This document shows, one piece after another, positions 37,017 to 47,693 of a stretch of DNA of 64,000 bases. This DNA is from Chloroflexota bacterium. GTDB taxonomy: Bacteria; Chloroflexota; UBA11872; VXOZ01. The stretch's first letter is position 1, and each line of letters opens with the position of its first letter. The position numbers were made by a program, and so were the translations under genes. The notes under the pieces are model-generated. The model was not told the origin of the DNA. It made no database searches and saw nothing but the letters and a program-made list of their open reading frames with translations. The stretch spans positions 2,368,001-2,432,000 of the forward strand of contig OZ244922.1 in NCBI GenBank assembly GCA_965221905.1, written 5' to 3'.

Positions 37017-38219
37017 ATGGCGAAGGAGCGATTTGAACGAACCAAGCCGCACGTGAACGTCGGCACGATTGGGCATATCGATCACGGCAAGACCACGCTC
37101 ACCGCAGCGATCACTAAGGTGCTTGCCCTGCAGGGCGGCGCCGACTTTGCCCCCTTTGACAGCATCGATAACGCTCCCGAAGAACGCGAGCGCGGTATCA
37201 CTATCGCTATCGCTCACGTCGAGTACGAGACCGTTAACCGCCATTACGCTCACGTCGACTGCCCCGGCCACGCCGACTACATCAAGAATATGATCACCGG
37301 CGCCGCGCAAATGGACGGCGCTATCCTCGTCGTGTCCGCTCCCGACGGCCCCATGCCGCAAACCCGCGAGCACGTCCTTCTCGCTCGCCAGGTCGAAGTC
37401 CCCGCCATGGTCGTCTATCTCAACAAGTGCGATATGCTCGACGATGAGGAACTCCTCGAACTCGTCGAACTCGAGGTCCGTGAACTCCTCTCGAAGTACG
37501 ACTTTCCCGGCGACGATATCCCCGTCATCCGCGGCAGCGCCCTCCACGCTCTCGAAAGCAACAGCGACGATCCCGATGACCCAGCCTTCGCCTCCATCCT
37601 CGAACTCATGGAAGCCGTAGACGACTATATCCCTACGCCTGCCCGCGCTATCGACCAGCCCTTCCTGATGCCTATCGAAGATGTCTTCAACATCAAGGGC
37701 CGCGGTACCGTCGTCACCGGCCGTATCGAACGCGGCCAGGTCAATACCGGCGAGGTCGTCGAAATCATCGGCATCCAACGCGATATCCAATCCTCCGTCG
37801 TTACCGGCGTCGAAATGTTCCGTAAAATCTTGGACTCCGGCCAGGCGGGCGATAACGTCGGCTGCCTCCTGCGCGGCGTCGAAAGAGATAATGTCCAACG
37901 CGGCCAGGTTCTCGCCGCTCCGAAATCCATCACCCCGCACACCCGCTTCGAGGCCGAGGTCTATGTCCTCAGCCGCGATGAGGGCGGCAGGCATACTCCA
38001 TTCTTCCCCGGCTATCGTCCCCAGTTCTACGTCCGTACTACCGACGTCACCGGCTCTATCGCCCTCCCCGACGGCGTCGAAATGACCATGCCCGGCGATA
38101 ATATCACCATGACTATCCACCTCATCAACCCCGTCGCCCTCGAAGAAGGCGTCCGCTTCGCTATCCGCGAGGGCGGTCGTACCGTCGGCGCCGGTGTCGT
38201 GACTAAAATCCTGGAGTAG
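37017..38219 (+). CDS. tuf: Elongation factor Tu
   Basis: [25 protein letters not shown]. Confidence 0.99.
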   Translation: MAKERFERTKPHVNVGTIGHIDHGKTTLTAAITKVLALQGGADFAPFDSIDNAPEERERGITIAIAHVEYETVNRHYAHVDCPGHADYIKNMITGAAQMDGAILVVSAPDGPMPQTREHVLLARQVEVPAMVVYLNKCDMLDDEELLELVELEVRELLSKYDFPGDDIPVIRGSALHALESNSDDPDDPAFASILELMEAVDDYIPTPARAIDQPFLMPIEDVFNIKGRGTVVTGRIERGQVNTGEVVEIIGIQRDIQSSVVTGVEMFRKILDSGQAGDNVGCLLRGVERDNVQRGQVLAAPKSITPHTRFEAEVYVLSRDEGGRHTPFFPGYRPQFYVRTTDVTGSIALPDGVEMTMPGDNITMTIHLINPVALEEGVRFAIREGGRTVGAGVVTKILE

Positions 38220-38221
38220 CT

Positions 38222-38533
38222 ATGGCGCAGCAGACAATCCGCATTCGACTAAAGGCATTCGACCACAGAGTCCTCGATCAATCGGCGGGACAGATCGTAA
38301 GTGCCGCTCAGGGGACCGGCGCCCGGATCGCGGGCCCAATTCCGCTGCCCACTGAGATCAACAAGTTTACGGTAATCCGTTCCGCGTTCATTGACAAGGA
38401 TTCTCGCGAGCAGTTTGAAATCCGCACGCATAAACGGCTGATCGACGTGCTTGAGCCAAATGCAAAGACAATGGATGCACTCTTGCGGCTAGAACTGCCT
38501 GCCGGTGTAGACATTGAAATGAAATCCATGTAG
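38222..38533 (+). CDS. rpsJ: 30S ribosomal protein S10
   Basis: [27 protein letters not shown]. Confidence 0.98.
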   Translation: MAQQTIRIRLKAFDHRVLDQSAGQIVSAAQGTGARIAGPIPLPTEINKFTVIRSAFIDKDSREQFEIRTHKRLIDVLEPNAKTMDALLRLELPAGVDIEMKSM

Positions 38534-38545
38534 AAGGTGCCCAGC

Positions 38546-39211
38546 ATGTCAGTTGGCCTGATCGGCAAAAAACTCGGAATGACCCAAGTCTTCGATGAAG
38601 ACGGCGCCGCCGTACCGGTGACGGCAGTGCAGGCAGGACCTTGCACTGTGGTGCAAATCAAGGCTGCCGCAGGCGCGGATGGTTACAATGCGGTGCAGCT
38701 TGGATTTGGCGAACGTCAAAAGGGTATTACAAGCCCGGCACGCGGTCACGTTGAAAAGCATCTGGGCCACGAAGCGGCAGTACCGAGAGATCTGCGGGAA
38801 TTCAGGGTAGCGGATCCCGGCGAATATGAATCCGGCCAGACATTCGACGTAGAGATCTTCGCTCCCGGTCAAATGGTAGATGTATCCGGCATATCCAAAG
38901 GCAAAGGGTTCGCTGGCGTGATGAAAAGACACAACTTCAGCGGCCAGCAAAAGACTCACGGCCAGTCCGATCGATGGCGTGCCCCCGGTGCCGTTGGCAT
39001 GGGTACAACGCCGGGTCGGGTGTGGAAGGGCAAGAAGATGGCTGGAAGAATGGGACAGGATCTCGTAACCGTACTGAACTTACGAATTGTAAGCGTCGTC
39101 GCAGAACAAAGCATCCTTCTCATAAAGGGTGCGATACCGGGAGGGCCGGGCACCCTGGTTTCGGTTCGTCCAGCGGTAAAGTCATCCGGATCGACGCAGG
39201 CGAGTGAGTAG
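38546..39211 (+). CDS. rplC: 50S ribosomal protein L3
   Basis: GKKLGMTQ, SKGKGFAG, KGKKMAG. Confidence 0.98.
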   Translation: MSVGLIGKKLGMTQVFDEDGAAVPVTAVQAGPCTVVQIKAAAGADGYNAVQLGFGERQKGITSPARGHVEKHLGHEAAVPRDLREFRVADPGEYESGQTFDVEIFAPGQMVDVSGISKGKGFAGVMKRHNFSGQQKTHGQSDRWRAPGAVGMGTTPGRVWKGKKMAGRMGQDLVTVLNLRIVSVVAEQSILLIKGAIPGGPGTLVSVRPAVKSSGSTQASE

Positions 39212-39217
39212 ATTGCT

Positions 39218-39844
39218 ATGGATTTGAACATTCTCGATACCCAAGGTAATGCCGTGGGAACCGCTGCGCTCCCTGATCTCATATTCGGGATTGAGCCGCA
39301 CGAGGCTTTGGTGCATCAGGCGGTCATCCGCGATGAGGCGGGGCAGCGTCTTGGCACTGCTAGCACAAAGACCCGCAGCGAAGTACGTGGGGGCGGGCGT
39401 AAACCGTGGCGACAGAAGCACACGGGCCGAGCGAGGCACGGCAGTCGGCGGTCGCCCATTTGGCGTACCGGCGGCGTGACCTTTGGACCGCACCCCAGAG
39501 ACTACCACATGGCAATGCCGCGAAAAATGTGGCGCAGGGCGATGTTTTCGGCTTTGTCGTCCAAAGCGCAATCCGGCCGGCTGCTCGTAGTCTCAGGGTT
39601 TTCGAATGAGAAGATTAGTACCAAGGAGCAAGTGGCGTTCCTGGACTCACTTGGCGTTGACTCTAGCGCGCTCTACGTGACGGACTCGCCAACACCTGAG
39701 TTGCTCCTTTCCATTCGAAACCTGCCCGATGTCACGCTTTCAACTCCGAGCACGCTTAGTGTCCGCGATGTGGTGGTCTTCGACCATCTAATTCTCGATG
39801 CCGACGCTGTCGCCGCATGCGAGAGCCTCTGGGGGCAGTCATGA
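39218..39844 (+). CDS. rplD: 50S ribosomal protein L4
   Basis: GGGRKPWRQKHTGRAR, GGVTFGP. Confidence 0.98.
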   Translation: MDLNILDTQGNAVGTAALPDLIFGIEPHEALVHQAVIRDEAGQRLGTASTKTRSEVRGGGRKPWRQKHTGRARHGSRRSPIWRTGGVTFGPHPRDYHMAMPRKMWRRAMFSALSSKAQSGRLLVVSGFSNEKISTKEQVAFLDSLGVDSSALYVTDSPTPELLLSIRNLPDVTLSTPSTLSVRDVVVFDHLILDADAVAACESLWGQS

Positions 39845-40128
39845 AAACAGCTCAAGAGATTCTCGTTAAACCGCTCATTACCGAAAAGGGCACACTGCTC
39901 TCAGATCAAAATAAGTACCTTTTCGCCGTGGCAATCGACGCGACCAAAATTGACGTACGACGCGCAGTGGAACAGACATTCGATGTCACGGTGTTGGCTG
40001 TAAATGTCATAAACGTCCCGGGCAAGGAGAAGCGGTTCGGCAGACACCGCTATCGAACAAAGCGTTGGCGCAAAGCTATTGTAACCCTGCAACAGGGTCA
40101 GACTATTGACCTATTTAGCGGCGTCTAG
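39841..40128 (+). CDS. rplW: 50S ribosomal protein L23
   Basis: PLITEK, KAIVTL; operon position. Confidence 0.96.
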   Translation: MKTAQEILVKPLITEKGTLLSDQNKYLFAVAIDATKIDVRRAVEQTFDVTVLAVNVINVPGKEKRFGRHRYRTKRWRKAIVTLQQGQTIDLFSGV

Positions 40129-40142
40129 GGAAGAGCAAGCCT

Positions 40143-40973
40143 ATGCCAGTAAAATCCTATAAACCCACATCCCCCGGCCGGCGCGGCATGAGCACGGTGT
40201 CGAGCGATGATATAACCAAGACAACTCCGGAACGCCGGCTGACCAAGGGCATGAAGCAAAAAGCCGGTCGGAATGTTTCCGGGAAACTCACTGTTCGTCA
40301 TCGGGGTGGCGGCCACAAGCGGCGCTATAGAACAATCGACTTCAAACGTGATAAGATAGGGATTCCTGGCACTGTAAAGGCAATAGAATACGATCCAAAT
40401 CGAAGTGCTCGGATCGCCCTTATCGCGTACAGGGATGGAGAGAAGCGGTATATACTTGCCGCAGCCAGGATGGACGTAGGAGATACCGTGATGTCGGGAC
40501 CGGACGCCCCTATACGGCCAGGCAATTGCCTGCCACTGAGTAACATTCCGGCAGGAACGGCTATCCATAACGTTGAACTACAGGCAGGTCGCGGAGGCCA
40601 ACTGGCACGCAGTGCCGGATCATCGGTGCAGCTCATGACAAAAGAGAGCGAATTTGCCGTTATCAGAATGCCGTCGGGTGAAATCCGTCGTGTGCACTCG
40701 AACTGTGTGGCAACCATCGGCCAGGCTAGCAATGTTGACCACAATGGCACGACTACTGGCAAGGCAGGACGGACACGCTGGCGGGGCCGTCGTCCCACTG
40801 TTCGTGGTTCTGCCATGAACCCATCGGACCATCCCCACGGCGGCGGCGAAGGTAAATCGCCTATCGGCATGCCGGGCCCGAAGACTCCCTGGGGGAAGCC
40901 GGCGCTGGGCTTGCGCACGCGCAAGCGAAAGCCTTCGGACAGATTTATTTTGCGGCGCCGTTATGCGCAATAG
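40143..40973 (+). CDS. rplB: 50S ribosomal protein L2
   Basis: [25 protein letters not shown]. Confidence 0.99.
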   Translation: MPVKSYKPTSPGRRGMSTVSSDDITKTTPERRLTKGMKQKAGRNVSGKLTVRHRGGGHKRRYRTIDFKRDKIGIPGTVKAIEYDPNRSARIALIAYRDGEKRYILAAARMDVGDTVMSGPDAPIRPGNCLPLSNIPAGTAIHNVELQAGRGGQLARSAGSSVQLMTKESEFAVIRMPSGEIRRVHSNCVATIGQASNVDHNGTTTGKAGRTRWRGRRPTVRGSAMNPSDHPHGGGEGKSPIGMPGPKTPWGKPALGLRTRKRKPSDRFILRRRYAQ

Positions 40974-40988
40974 AGAGAGTACCATAGC

Positions 40989-41270
40989 ATGTCGCGATCA
41001 CTAAAAAAGGGCCCTTTCGTCGACCAGAAGCTGCTAAAGCGCATTCAGACTATGAATGACAGCGGGCAGAAGCGTGTGTTGCGCACCTGGTCGCGAGCGT
41101 CCACCATTTTTCCGGACATGGTCGGGCATACAATTGCCGTGCACGATGGCAGGCGGCACGTACCCGTGTACATCACGGAGAATATGGTTGGACATAAACT
41201 GGGCGAGTTTTCGCCGACACGGCACTTTCGCGGCCACTCGCGGGAAGATCGCGCTACTCAAGTTCGCTAA
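40989..41270 (+). CDS. rpsS: 30S ribosomal protein S19
   Basis: [17 protein letters not shown]. Confidence 0.98.
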   Translation: MSRSLKKGPFVDQKLLKRIQTMNDSGQKRVLRTWSRASTIFPDMVGHTIAVHDGRRHVPVYITENMVGHKLGEFSPTRHFRGHSREDRATQVR

Positions 41271-41288
41271 TTGTTGAGGACAGCACGG

Positions 41289-41642
41289 ATGCAAGTACAA
41301 GCAATAGCAAAATATCTGCGAGTGTCGCCGCGTAAAGCGCGGCGGGTGGCAGCCACGGTAAAGGGCAGGCCCGCTGGGGAAGCACTGGCAATCCTGCGCT
41401 TCCTGCCAAGCCCAACGGCACGTACACTGGCAAAGGTAGTGCGTTCTGCCATTGCAAACGCGGAAAACACGTACAATTTGGACCCAGCAAGCCTGACGGT
41501 AGCTAGTGTGCTGGTGAACAAGGGCCCGGTCTTCAAGCGAATCGATCCGAAATCCCGCGGCCAATGGGGGCTTGTCAGGAAGCGCACAAGCCATGTAACC
41601 GTAATCGTTGAGAATGAGGAGAACCTAAGTCGTGGGACGTAA
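41289..41642 (+). CDS. rplV: 50S ribosomal protein L22
   Basis: SPRKAR, SAIANA, KRTSHVT. Confidence 0.97.
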   Translation: MQVQAIAKYLRVSPRKARRVAATVKGRPAGEALAILRFLPSPTARTLAKVVRSAIANAENTYNLDPASLTVASVLVNKGPVFKRIDPKSRGQWGLVRKRTSHVTVIVENEENLSRGT

Positions 41643-42501
41643 AGTTCACCCGATCGGATTCCGTTTAGGCTTCAACCGTACATGGAGCAGCCGTTGGTAT
41701 GCAGGCAAAGAGTACTCGACGCTCGTGGAAGAGGATAGCAAGATTCGCAAGGCGGTTATGGCACAATTCGAGCACCATCGCACCGGATCCACGGGCGGGA
41801 GACGGTCAAGCATGGGCGCCGGCATCTCCCAGGTAGATATTGAACGTGCAGGAACGGCGATCAAGGTAGACATCCATACTGCGCGTCCCGGTATTGTTAT
41901 TGGGCGTGGAGGAGCCGCGCAGGCCCAATTGCGTAAAGACTTGCGCGAACTGACCGGCAAGAACGTGCGCACAAACATCATTGAAATAAGACAGCCGGAG
42001 ACAAATGCTTACTTGGTCGCCCAATCGGTATCCGAACAGTTAGAGCGGCGTGTTTCACCTCGCCGCGCGATCAAGATGGCGGCGGAACGCGTCGTACGTT
42101 CTGGAGCTATTGGCGTGAAGTTGATGGTCGGCGGTCGTCTTGGCGGCGCTGAAATGTCGCGCAGTCAGAAGGAAATCCGGGGTACGGTACCGCTGCAAAC
42201 GCTCCGCGCCAATATTGACTATGGCTTTACACAAGCAGTCACCACCTACGGAATTCTGGGTGTGAAAGTCTGGATCTATACTGGCGACGTGACACCTGAA
42301 GAATTCTATGCCCGGCAGGAAGCCGCAACTCCAGAAGAGACTCCGTCTCCTCCGCCGCGTCGGCGACGGAGACGCCCTCGGCCCGGTTCTGATCGTTCTT
42401 CCGAAGGGAGCAGCAATCGGGGACCGAGGCGAGAGAGCGGCTCGAGGCGAGAGAGCGGCTCCAGGAATAGGGATAGCGGTACTAAGCCAGCGAGTAAGTA
42501 G
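41632..42501 (+). CDS. rpsC: 30S ribosomal protein S3 with Arg-rich C-terminal extension
   Basis: [34 protein letters not shown]. Confidence 0.98.
   Translation: MGRKVHPIGFRLGFNRTWSSRWYAGKEYSTLVEEDSKIRKAVMAQFEHHRTGSTGGRRSSMGAGISQVDIERAGTAIKVDIHTARPGIVIGRGGAAQAQLRKDLRELTGKNVRTNIIEIRQPETNAYLVAQSVSEQLERRVSPRRAIKMAAERVVRSGAIGVKLMVGGRLGGAEMSRSQKEIRGTVPLQTLRANIDYGFTQAVTTYGILGVKVWIYTGDVTPEEFYARQEAATPEETPSPPPRRRRRRPRPGSDRSSEGSSNRGPRRESGSRRESGSRNRDSGTKPASK
42425..42461. repeat. 18-bp tandem duplication in the rpsC tail
   Basis: CGAGGCGAGAGAGCGGCT x2, encoding RRESGS repeats. Confidence 0.85.
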
Positions 42502-42509
42502 CACCAATT

Positions 42510-42932
42510 ATGTTGATGCCGAGACGCACAAAACACCGCAAGATGCACCGCGGCCACCGCCGCGGCAAAGCACGGCGCGGTTCAACCATCGCCTTTGGTG
42601 ACTTTGCCTTGCAAGCGCTAGAAGGCGGCTGGGTCGACAATCGCCAAATCGAGTCGGCTCGGCGCGCAGTGACGCATCACATTCGCCGCGGCGGACAAAT
42701 GTGGATCCGAATCTTTCCGGACAAAGGACTGAGTAAGAAACCCGTCGAAGTACGTATGGGCGGTGGCAAAGGGCCGCCAGAGGAGTGGGTCGCAATGGTC
42801 AAACCCGGACGAATTCTGTTTGAGCTCACCGGAGTTCCGCAGGAGATCGCACAAGAAGCGATGTTGCGTGCCTCCCACAAACTGTCCGTAAAAACAAGAT
42901 TTATCTCCCGTGAAACACCGGAGATCATATAG
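42510..42932 (+). CDS. rplP: 50S ribosomal protein L16
   Basis: QIESAR, WIRIFPD, RMGGGKG. Confidence 0.98.
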   Translation: MLMPRRTKHRKMHRGHRRGKARRGSTIAFGDFALQALEGGWVDNRQIESARRAVTHHIRRGGQMWIRIFPDKGLSKKPVEVRMGGGKGPPEEWVAMVKPGRILFELTGVPQEIAQEAMLRASHKLSVKTRFISRETPEII

Positions 42933-42953
42933 CTAGCACTAGGAAGACCTGGG

Positions 42954-43157
42954 ATGACGAAACCGGCGGAATTACGTGCGCTGAGCGCAGACGACTTGCA
43001 ACAGCGACTGGAAGAGGCTCAGGAGGAGCTCTTCAACCTGCGCTCGCAGCAAGCAACAGTGCAATTGGAGAACCCCGCTCGTTTCGGTGTTTTGTTTAGC
43101 GAAATTGCGCGCATCAGAACGATCTTGCATGAGAAAGCACTCGGCATCACCAATTAA
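42954..43157 (+). CDS. rpmC: 50S ribosomal protein L29
   Basis: ELFNLR, QLENP, IARIRT. Confidence 0.96.
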   Translation: MTKPAELRALSADDLQQRLEEAQEELFNLRSQQATVQLENPARFGVLFSEIARIRTILHEKALGITN

Positions 43158-43177
43158 GTGAGAGCAGTGATAGAGTA

Positions 43178-43501
43178 ATGACAGACGCAACGAGATCAAC
43201 CGGCCGCCGGAAGCAAAAAAAAGGAACCGTAGTTAGCGACAAGATGGATAAGTCAGTAGTCGTTAACGTTACGCGCGTGCGCAGGCATCCGTTGTATAAG
43301 AAGACGGTCCGCAGCACCAAGAAGTACCTTGCGCATAGTCCGCAGAATGACGTACATTTCGGCGATCGGGTGATAATCGAAGAGACACGGCCCCTATCCA
43401 AGCATAAGCACTGGCGGGTTGTGCAGGTTATTGAAAGAGGCGAACAGACGCCGCAGATGGCTTCTGCCCAGGTAGTCGAACTCGCAAAGGCAGTGGAATG
43501 A
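43178..43501 (+). CDS. rpsQ: 30S ribosomal protein S17
   Basis: [23 protein letters not shown]. Confidence 0.98.
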   Translation: MTDATRSTGRRKQKKGTVVSDKMDKSVVVNVTRVRRHPLYKKTVRSTKKYLAHSPQNDVHFGDRVIIEETRPLSKHKHWRVVQVIERGEQTPQMASAQVVELAKAVE

Positions 43502-43866
43502 TCCGAGAATCGTCACGACTCAAAGTTGCTGACAACAGCGGCGCCCGTGAGATCATGTGTATCCGAGTCCTGGGCGGTTCGCGGCGCAGGTACGGAGGCG
43601 TCGGCACTGTCGTGGTAGCATCCGTGAAGGAAGCAGTCCCGCTTAGCCAGGTGCGTCAAGGCGAGGTTGTTCGTGCGCTCATCGTGCGCACGTCAAAGGA
43701 ATACGGGCGCGCCGATGGATCGACCATTCGTTTCGATGATAACGCCGCCGTCATCTTGGGCCCACAGAACATGCCCCGCGGTACACGCATTTTCGGTCCC
43801 GTCGCCCGAGAACTGCGGGAGATGGGCTTCATGCGCATTATCTCCCAGGCGCCGGAGGTACTCTGA
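43498..43866 (+). CDS. rplN: 50S ribosomal protein L14
   Basis: [22 protein letters not shown]. Confidence 0.98.
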   Translation: MIRESSRLKVADNSGAREIMCIRVLGGSRRRYGGVGTVVVASVKEAVPLSQVRQGEVVRALIVRTSKEYGRADGSTIRFDDNAAVILGPQNMPRGTRIFGPVARELREMGFMRIISQAPEVL

Positions 43867-43868
43867 TC

Positions 43869-44189
43869 ATGCAGCGAATTCGGTCAGGGGATCAGGTGGA
43901 AGTGACCGCTGGCAAAGACCGCGGGAAGCGCGGTCGCGTGATGCGAGTGCTCAATGCCGATCACGCCGTAGTGGTAGAGGGCATAAATATTGTAAAACGC
44001 CACCAACGTGCGATGCCGCCAATGCGGCCGGGTGGCATCATTGAGATGCCGGCGCCGCTCGCAGAATCGAACGTCATGGTTGTCTGCCCACAGTGCGACC
44101 GGGCAGCCCGAATGGGCTATCGCATCCTGGACGATGGCAGCAAAGGGCGTGTCTGTAAACGTTGCCAAGAGATTGTTGGCCAAGAGTAA
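43869..44189 (+). CDS. rplX: 50S ribosomal protein L24 (Zn-ribbon type)
   Basis: [21 protein letters not shown]...CKRC. Confidence 0.97.
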   Translation: MQRIRSGDQVEVTAGKDRGKRGRVMRVLNADHAVVVEGINIVKRHQRAMPPMRPGGIIEMPAPLAESNVMVVCPQCDRAARMGYRILDDGSKGRVCKRCQEIVGQE

Positions 44190-44198
44190 GGAACTCCG

Positions 44199-44768
44199 AT
44201 GTCGGAAAAAGCGCAGATACAGCAGCTTTATGAGAATGACGTTCGGTCTGCAATGATCGAAGAGTTCGGCTATAACTGTGTAATGCAGGTACCGAAGATT
44301 ACTAAGGTAGTAGTGAATATCGGCCTCGGTGAAGCCTTGCTAGACGCCAAAGCTCTAGATAACGCCGTCGGCGACCTCACCACTATTACCGGGCAGAAGC
44401 CCATAGTCACACGTTCCAGGAAGAGCATAGCCAACTTCAAGCTCCGCGAAGACCAAGCAATTGGGGCGAAAGTAACTTTGCGACGAACTCGAATGTATCA
44501 CTTTATCGAAAAACTATTCAACGTAGTCTTTCCACGCATTCGCGACTTCCGCGGCGTATCGCCGAACGCGTTCGACGGACGTGGGAATTATTCGGTCGGC
44601 CTCCGTGAGCAGCTTGTGTTCCCGGAAATTGACTATGACAAAGTCGACCGTGTGCGTGGGCTGGAAGTAACTATTGTGACCTCAGCACAGACCGACGAGG
44701 AATCGCGCTTCCTTCTTAGGGCGCTCGGCATGCCGATAGCCCAGGAAGCCAGCCAATTAGCGAGCTAG
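44199..44768 (+). CDS. rplE: 50S ribosomal protein L5
   Basis: [21 protein letters not shown]. Confidence 0.98.
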   Translation: MSEKAQIQQLYENDVRSAMIEEFGYNCVMQVPKITKVVVNIGLGEALLDAKALDNAVGDLTTITGQKPIVTRSRKSIANFKLREDQAIGAKVTLRRTRMYHFIEKLFNVVFPRIRDFRGVSPNAFDGRGNYSVGLREQLVFPEIDYDKVDRVRGLEVTIVTSAQTDEESRFLLRALGMPIAQEASQLAS

Positions 44769-44781
44769 GAGACGCAACCCC

Positions 44782-44991
44782 GTGGCAAAACAGTCCAAGA
44801 TTGCCAAGTGGCGCAAACAGCGGAAATTGATGGAACAGGGCCGCATGAAACATCCCGTGAGATTTCGGAATCGCTGTTACCAATGCGGTCGGCCCCGGGC
44901 CTTCATCCGCAAGTTCGGGCTCTGTCGCATCTGTTTTCGCGGAGCCGCGTTGCAGGGCTTATTGCCTGGTGTCACAAAGTCAAGCTGGTAG
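44782..44991 (+). CDS. rpsZ: 30S ribosomal protein S14, type Z (Zn-binding)
   Basis: [23 protein letters not shown]. Confidence 0.96.
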   Translation: MAKQSKIAKWRKQRKLMEQGRMKHPVRFRNRCYQCGRPRAFIRKFGLCRICFRGAALQGLLPGVTKSSW

Positions 44992-45015
44992 TACGCACGC
45001 GAGAGATATCTGACT

Positions 45016-45417
45016 ATGACCATGACCGATCCCATTGCCGATATGCTGACGCGGATACGCAACGCAATTCAAGCGCGCCATACCCACGTGACCATACCGG
45101 CGTCCAAGATGAAGACCGCATTGCTCACGATCCTCGAAAGGGAAGGATATATCGGTCAATTTGAGGTGGTAGACCAACAGATTCCACAGTCTATGCTGAA
45201 AGTCAGCCTCAAATATACCGACAAACGCGCGCCTGTGCTCCTCGGATTGCGACGTGTGAGTAAGCCCGGCCTGCGCGTATACGCGAATAAAGATGAGATT
45301 CCCCGCGTTATGGGCGGCATTGGTACTGTAATTCTTTCCACCTCTTCTGGCGTGATGACGGGTCGAGAGGCCTGGCAGCGCAAGATTGGCGGCGAAGTTC
45401 TCTGTTACGTCTGGTAA
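45016..45417 (+). CDS. rpsH: 30S ribosomal protein S8
   Basis: [29 protein letters not shown]. Confidence 0.98.
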   Translation: MTMTDPIADMLTRIRNAIQARHTHVTIPASKMKTALLTILEREGYIGQFEVVDQQIPQSMLKVSLKYTDKRAPVLLGLRRVSKPGLRVYANKDEIPRVMGGIGTVILSTSSGVMTGREAWQRKIGGEVLCYVW

Positions 45418-45428
45418 GGTAGGTCGCT

Positions 45429-45980
45429 ATGTCTCGTGTTGGAAAACAACCAATCCCGCTTCCAGATGGTGTGGAAGTGAACGTGCAAGCGTCTGCCGTT
45501 CATGTTAAGGGACCAAAAGGCGAGCTTGAAATCGACGCTGTGTCCGCTGTCAGGGTAACCGTTGAGGATCGCGCCGTCCGCGTCCACCGCGTCGTTGAAA
45601 CCCGCGAGGCCCGCGCTTTGCACGGTCTCACTCGCTCGTTGGTCGCCAACATGGTGCAGGGAGTTATTTCGGGATATCGTAAGACGCTTGAGTTGCATGG
45701 GACCGGTTACCGTGCACAACTCGCCGGCAGCAAGCTCGTCATGCAACTGGGGCACTCGCATCCTGATGAGTACTCACCACCGCAGGGCATTGGCATTGAG
45801 CTTGAGAACCCAACCACGATTCACATAGACGGCATAGACAAGAGACTGGTCGGCCAAGTGGCTGCAGACATCCGTGCTTCACGGCCCGTGGAAGTCTATC
45901 TTGGGAAAGGCATCCGCTATCGCGGGGAGTACGTTCGCCGCAAAGCCGGTAAGGCCGGTAAGGTTGGCGCAGGCGAGTAA
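45429..45980 (+). CDS. rplF: 50S ribosomal protein L6
   Basis: MSRVGKQP, KGPKGEL, GKGIRY. Confidence 0.98.
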   Translation: MSRVGKQPIPLPDGVEVNVQASAVHVKGPKGELEIDAVSAVRVTVEDRAVRVHRVVETREARALHGLTRSLVANMVQGVISGYRKTLELHGTGYRAQLAGSKLVMQLGHSHPDEYSPPQGIGIELENPTTIHIDGIDKRLVGQVAADIRASRPVEVYLGKGIRYRGEYVRRKAGKAGKVGAGE

Positions 45981-46049
45981 ACGACGGCAGTTAACAATAC
46001 GCGGGAATTTCGTTCTCGCCTCGAGTACTTAGATGAGCAGGACTGTGAA

Positions 46050-46424
46050 ATGCGATTGATCCGGGGAAGAAAAGCACTGAGCGCACGGGCACGGCGGCAA
46101 CGCCGAGTACGGGCAAAGATTAGCGGAGTGGCAGAGAGGCCGCGCCTGAATGTCTTTCGGAGTAACCTGCACATCTATGCGCAGGTGATCGACGATGCTA
46201 GTCACCTGACTTTGGCTGCAGCCTCCACCCTCGATCCTACAGTGCGGGACTTGCTTGATAAAAAGCCGAAGCAGGCACAAGCGTCCGTAGTGGGTCGAGT
46301 AGTGGCTGAACGGGCACAAGAAAAAGGGATAGAAACTGTGGTCTTCGACCGCGGAGGCTATCAGTACCATGGCCGGGTGCGCTCGCTCGCGGAAGCGGCC
46401 CGCGAAGCCGGCTTGAAATTCTGA
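46050..46424 (+). CDS. rplR: 50S ribosomal protein L18
   Basis: [21 protein letters not shown]. Confidence 0.98.
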   Translation: MRLIRGRKALSARARRQRRVRAKISGVAERPRLNVFRSNLHIYAQVIDDASHLTLAAASTLDPTVRDLLDKKPKQAQASVVGRVVAERAQEKGIETVVFDRGGYQYHGRVRSLAEAAREAGLKF

Positions 46425-46445
46425 GTGAGTTAGGCAAGGAATACT

Positions 46446-47015
46446 ATGCCAGAACGCGATTCCATCGACTCAGCATCTTTGAATCTTGAAGAGCGCCTCG
46501 TGAACGTCAACCGTGTCGCAAAGGTTGTGCGTGGGGGACGCACATTCAGCTTCAACGCAGTGGTGGTGGTTGGCGACGGTGCCGGTCATGTTGGAATCGG
46601 TATCGGCAAAGCGCGCGAAGTGGCGGAAGCTATTCGCAAGGGTGGGGAGAAAGCGCGCAAGGCCCTCGTGCGCGTACCTCTTGCGGGAACAACCATTCCG
46701 CACGACATTACGGCAAAATACGGCGCCTCAAGAGTCATGCTCAAGCCCGCGGCGCCAGGCACCGGCGTGATTGCCGGCGGGCCGGTGCGCGCTGTTGTCG
46801 AGTCGGCAGGTGTGCATGACATTCTCACCAAGTCGCTCGGCTCCAACAATGCGATCAATGTGGTAAAGGCAACTATGACCGCACTTGAGCAACTCCAAAG
46901 TCCGGACGCCGCATACTCCCGCCTTGGCAGACTTCGGCCTAGGCGAAGACAGGCTGCAGACGAGAGCCCCGCTGCGACTGCCACAGTCGCCACCGCGGCG
47001 CAGACAGAAGAATAG
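46446..47015 (+). CDS. rpsE: 30S ribosomal protein S5
   Basis: [19 protein letters not shown]. Confidence 0.98.
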   Translation: MPERDSIDSASLNLEERLVNVNRVAKVVRGGRTFSFNAVVVVGDGAGHVGIGIGKAREVAEAIRKGGEKARKALVRVPLAGTTIPHDITAKYGASRVMLKPAAPGTGVIAGGPVRAVVESAGVHDILTKSLGSNNAINVVKATMTALEQLQSPDAAYSRLGRLRPRRRQAADESPAATATVATAAQTEE

Positions 47016-47025
47016 GACAAAGAGC

Positions 47026-47226
47026 ATGGCAGCTAAGTTGCGTGTCACGTTGCGCAAAAGCCCTATTGGCTTTTCGAAAGATCAAAAGCAGACAGTAACA
47101 GCCCTGGGGCTAAGAAAACGCCAACACTCGGTAGAGCATGACGAAACCCCGGCGGTGCGCGGGATGATCAATAAAGTCGCTCATCTCGTGGACGTCGAGG
47201 AAATCTCGCAGACTTTGGGGAATTAG
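47026..47226 (+). CDS. rpmD: 50S ribosomal protein L30
   Basis: [22 protein letters not shown]. Confidence 0.96.
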   Translation: MAAKLRVTLRKSPIGFSKDQKQTVTALGLRKRQHSVEHDETPAVRGMINKVAHLVDVEEISQTLGN

Positions 47227-47243
47227 AATAGGACGAAACTTGC

Positions 47244-47687
47244 ATGGAAAAACATGCGCTACACGGGCCGGCCGGCGCAAATAGACGGCGAAAGCGCGTT
47301 GCACGCGGCCATGGCGGACCTGGGCACAAGACGGCCGGGCGCGGCACGAAGGGCCAGAAGTCGCGCTCCCATGCTGGCGTTCCCGCGTGGTTCGAAGGCG
47401 GGCAGACACCATTTGTCAGGCGATTGCCCCACCGTCGCGGATTCAGCAATGCCCGTTTTCGCGTTGTTTACCAACCGGTTAATGTCGGCGACCTTGAACG
47501 AGTCTTCGAGGCCGGTGCCACCATCACTCCGGCAGACATAGTGGCGCGAGGCCTTGCCCGCTCCACGCAAATCAAGATACTTGGCAACGGCGAGATTACC
47601 CATCAACTTACCGTGCAGGCGCCCAAGTTTTCGCAGGCCGCACGCGCTAAGATCGAGGCGGCTGGCGGCTCTGTGACGGAAGGGTAG
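47244..47687 (+). CDS. rplO: 50S ribosomal protein L15
   Basis: GRGTKGQKSR, FEGGQTP, KILGNG, IEAAGG. Confidence 0.98.
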   Translation: MEKHALHGPAGANRRRKRVARGHGGPGHKTAGRGTKGQKSRSHAGVPAWFEGGQTPFVRRLPHRRGFSNARFRVVYQPVNVGDLERVFEAGATITPADIVARGLARSTQIKILGNGEITHQLTVQAPKFSQAARAKIEAAGGSVTEG

Positions 47688-47693
47688 CGCCGA

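Noticed and set aside
36975-38120. 381-aa antisense ORF opposite tuf
   Set aside because: Shadow ORF caused by the codon bias of tuf; no recognisable motifs
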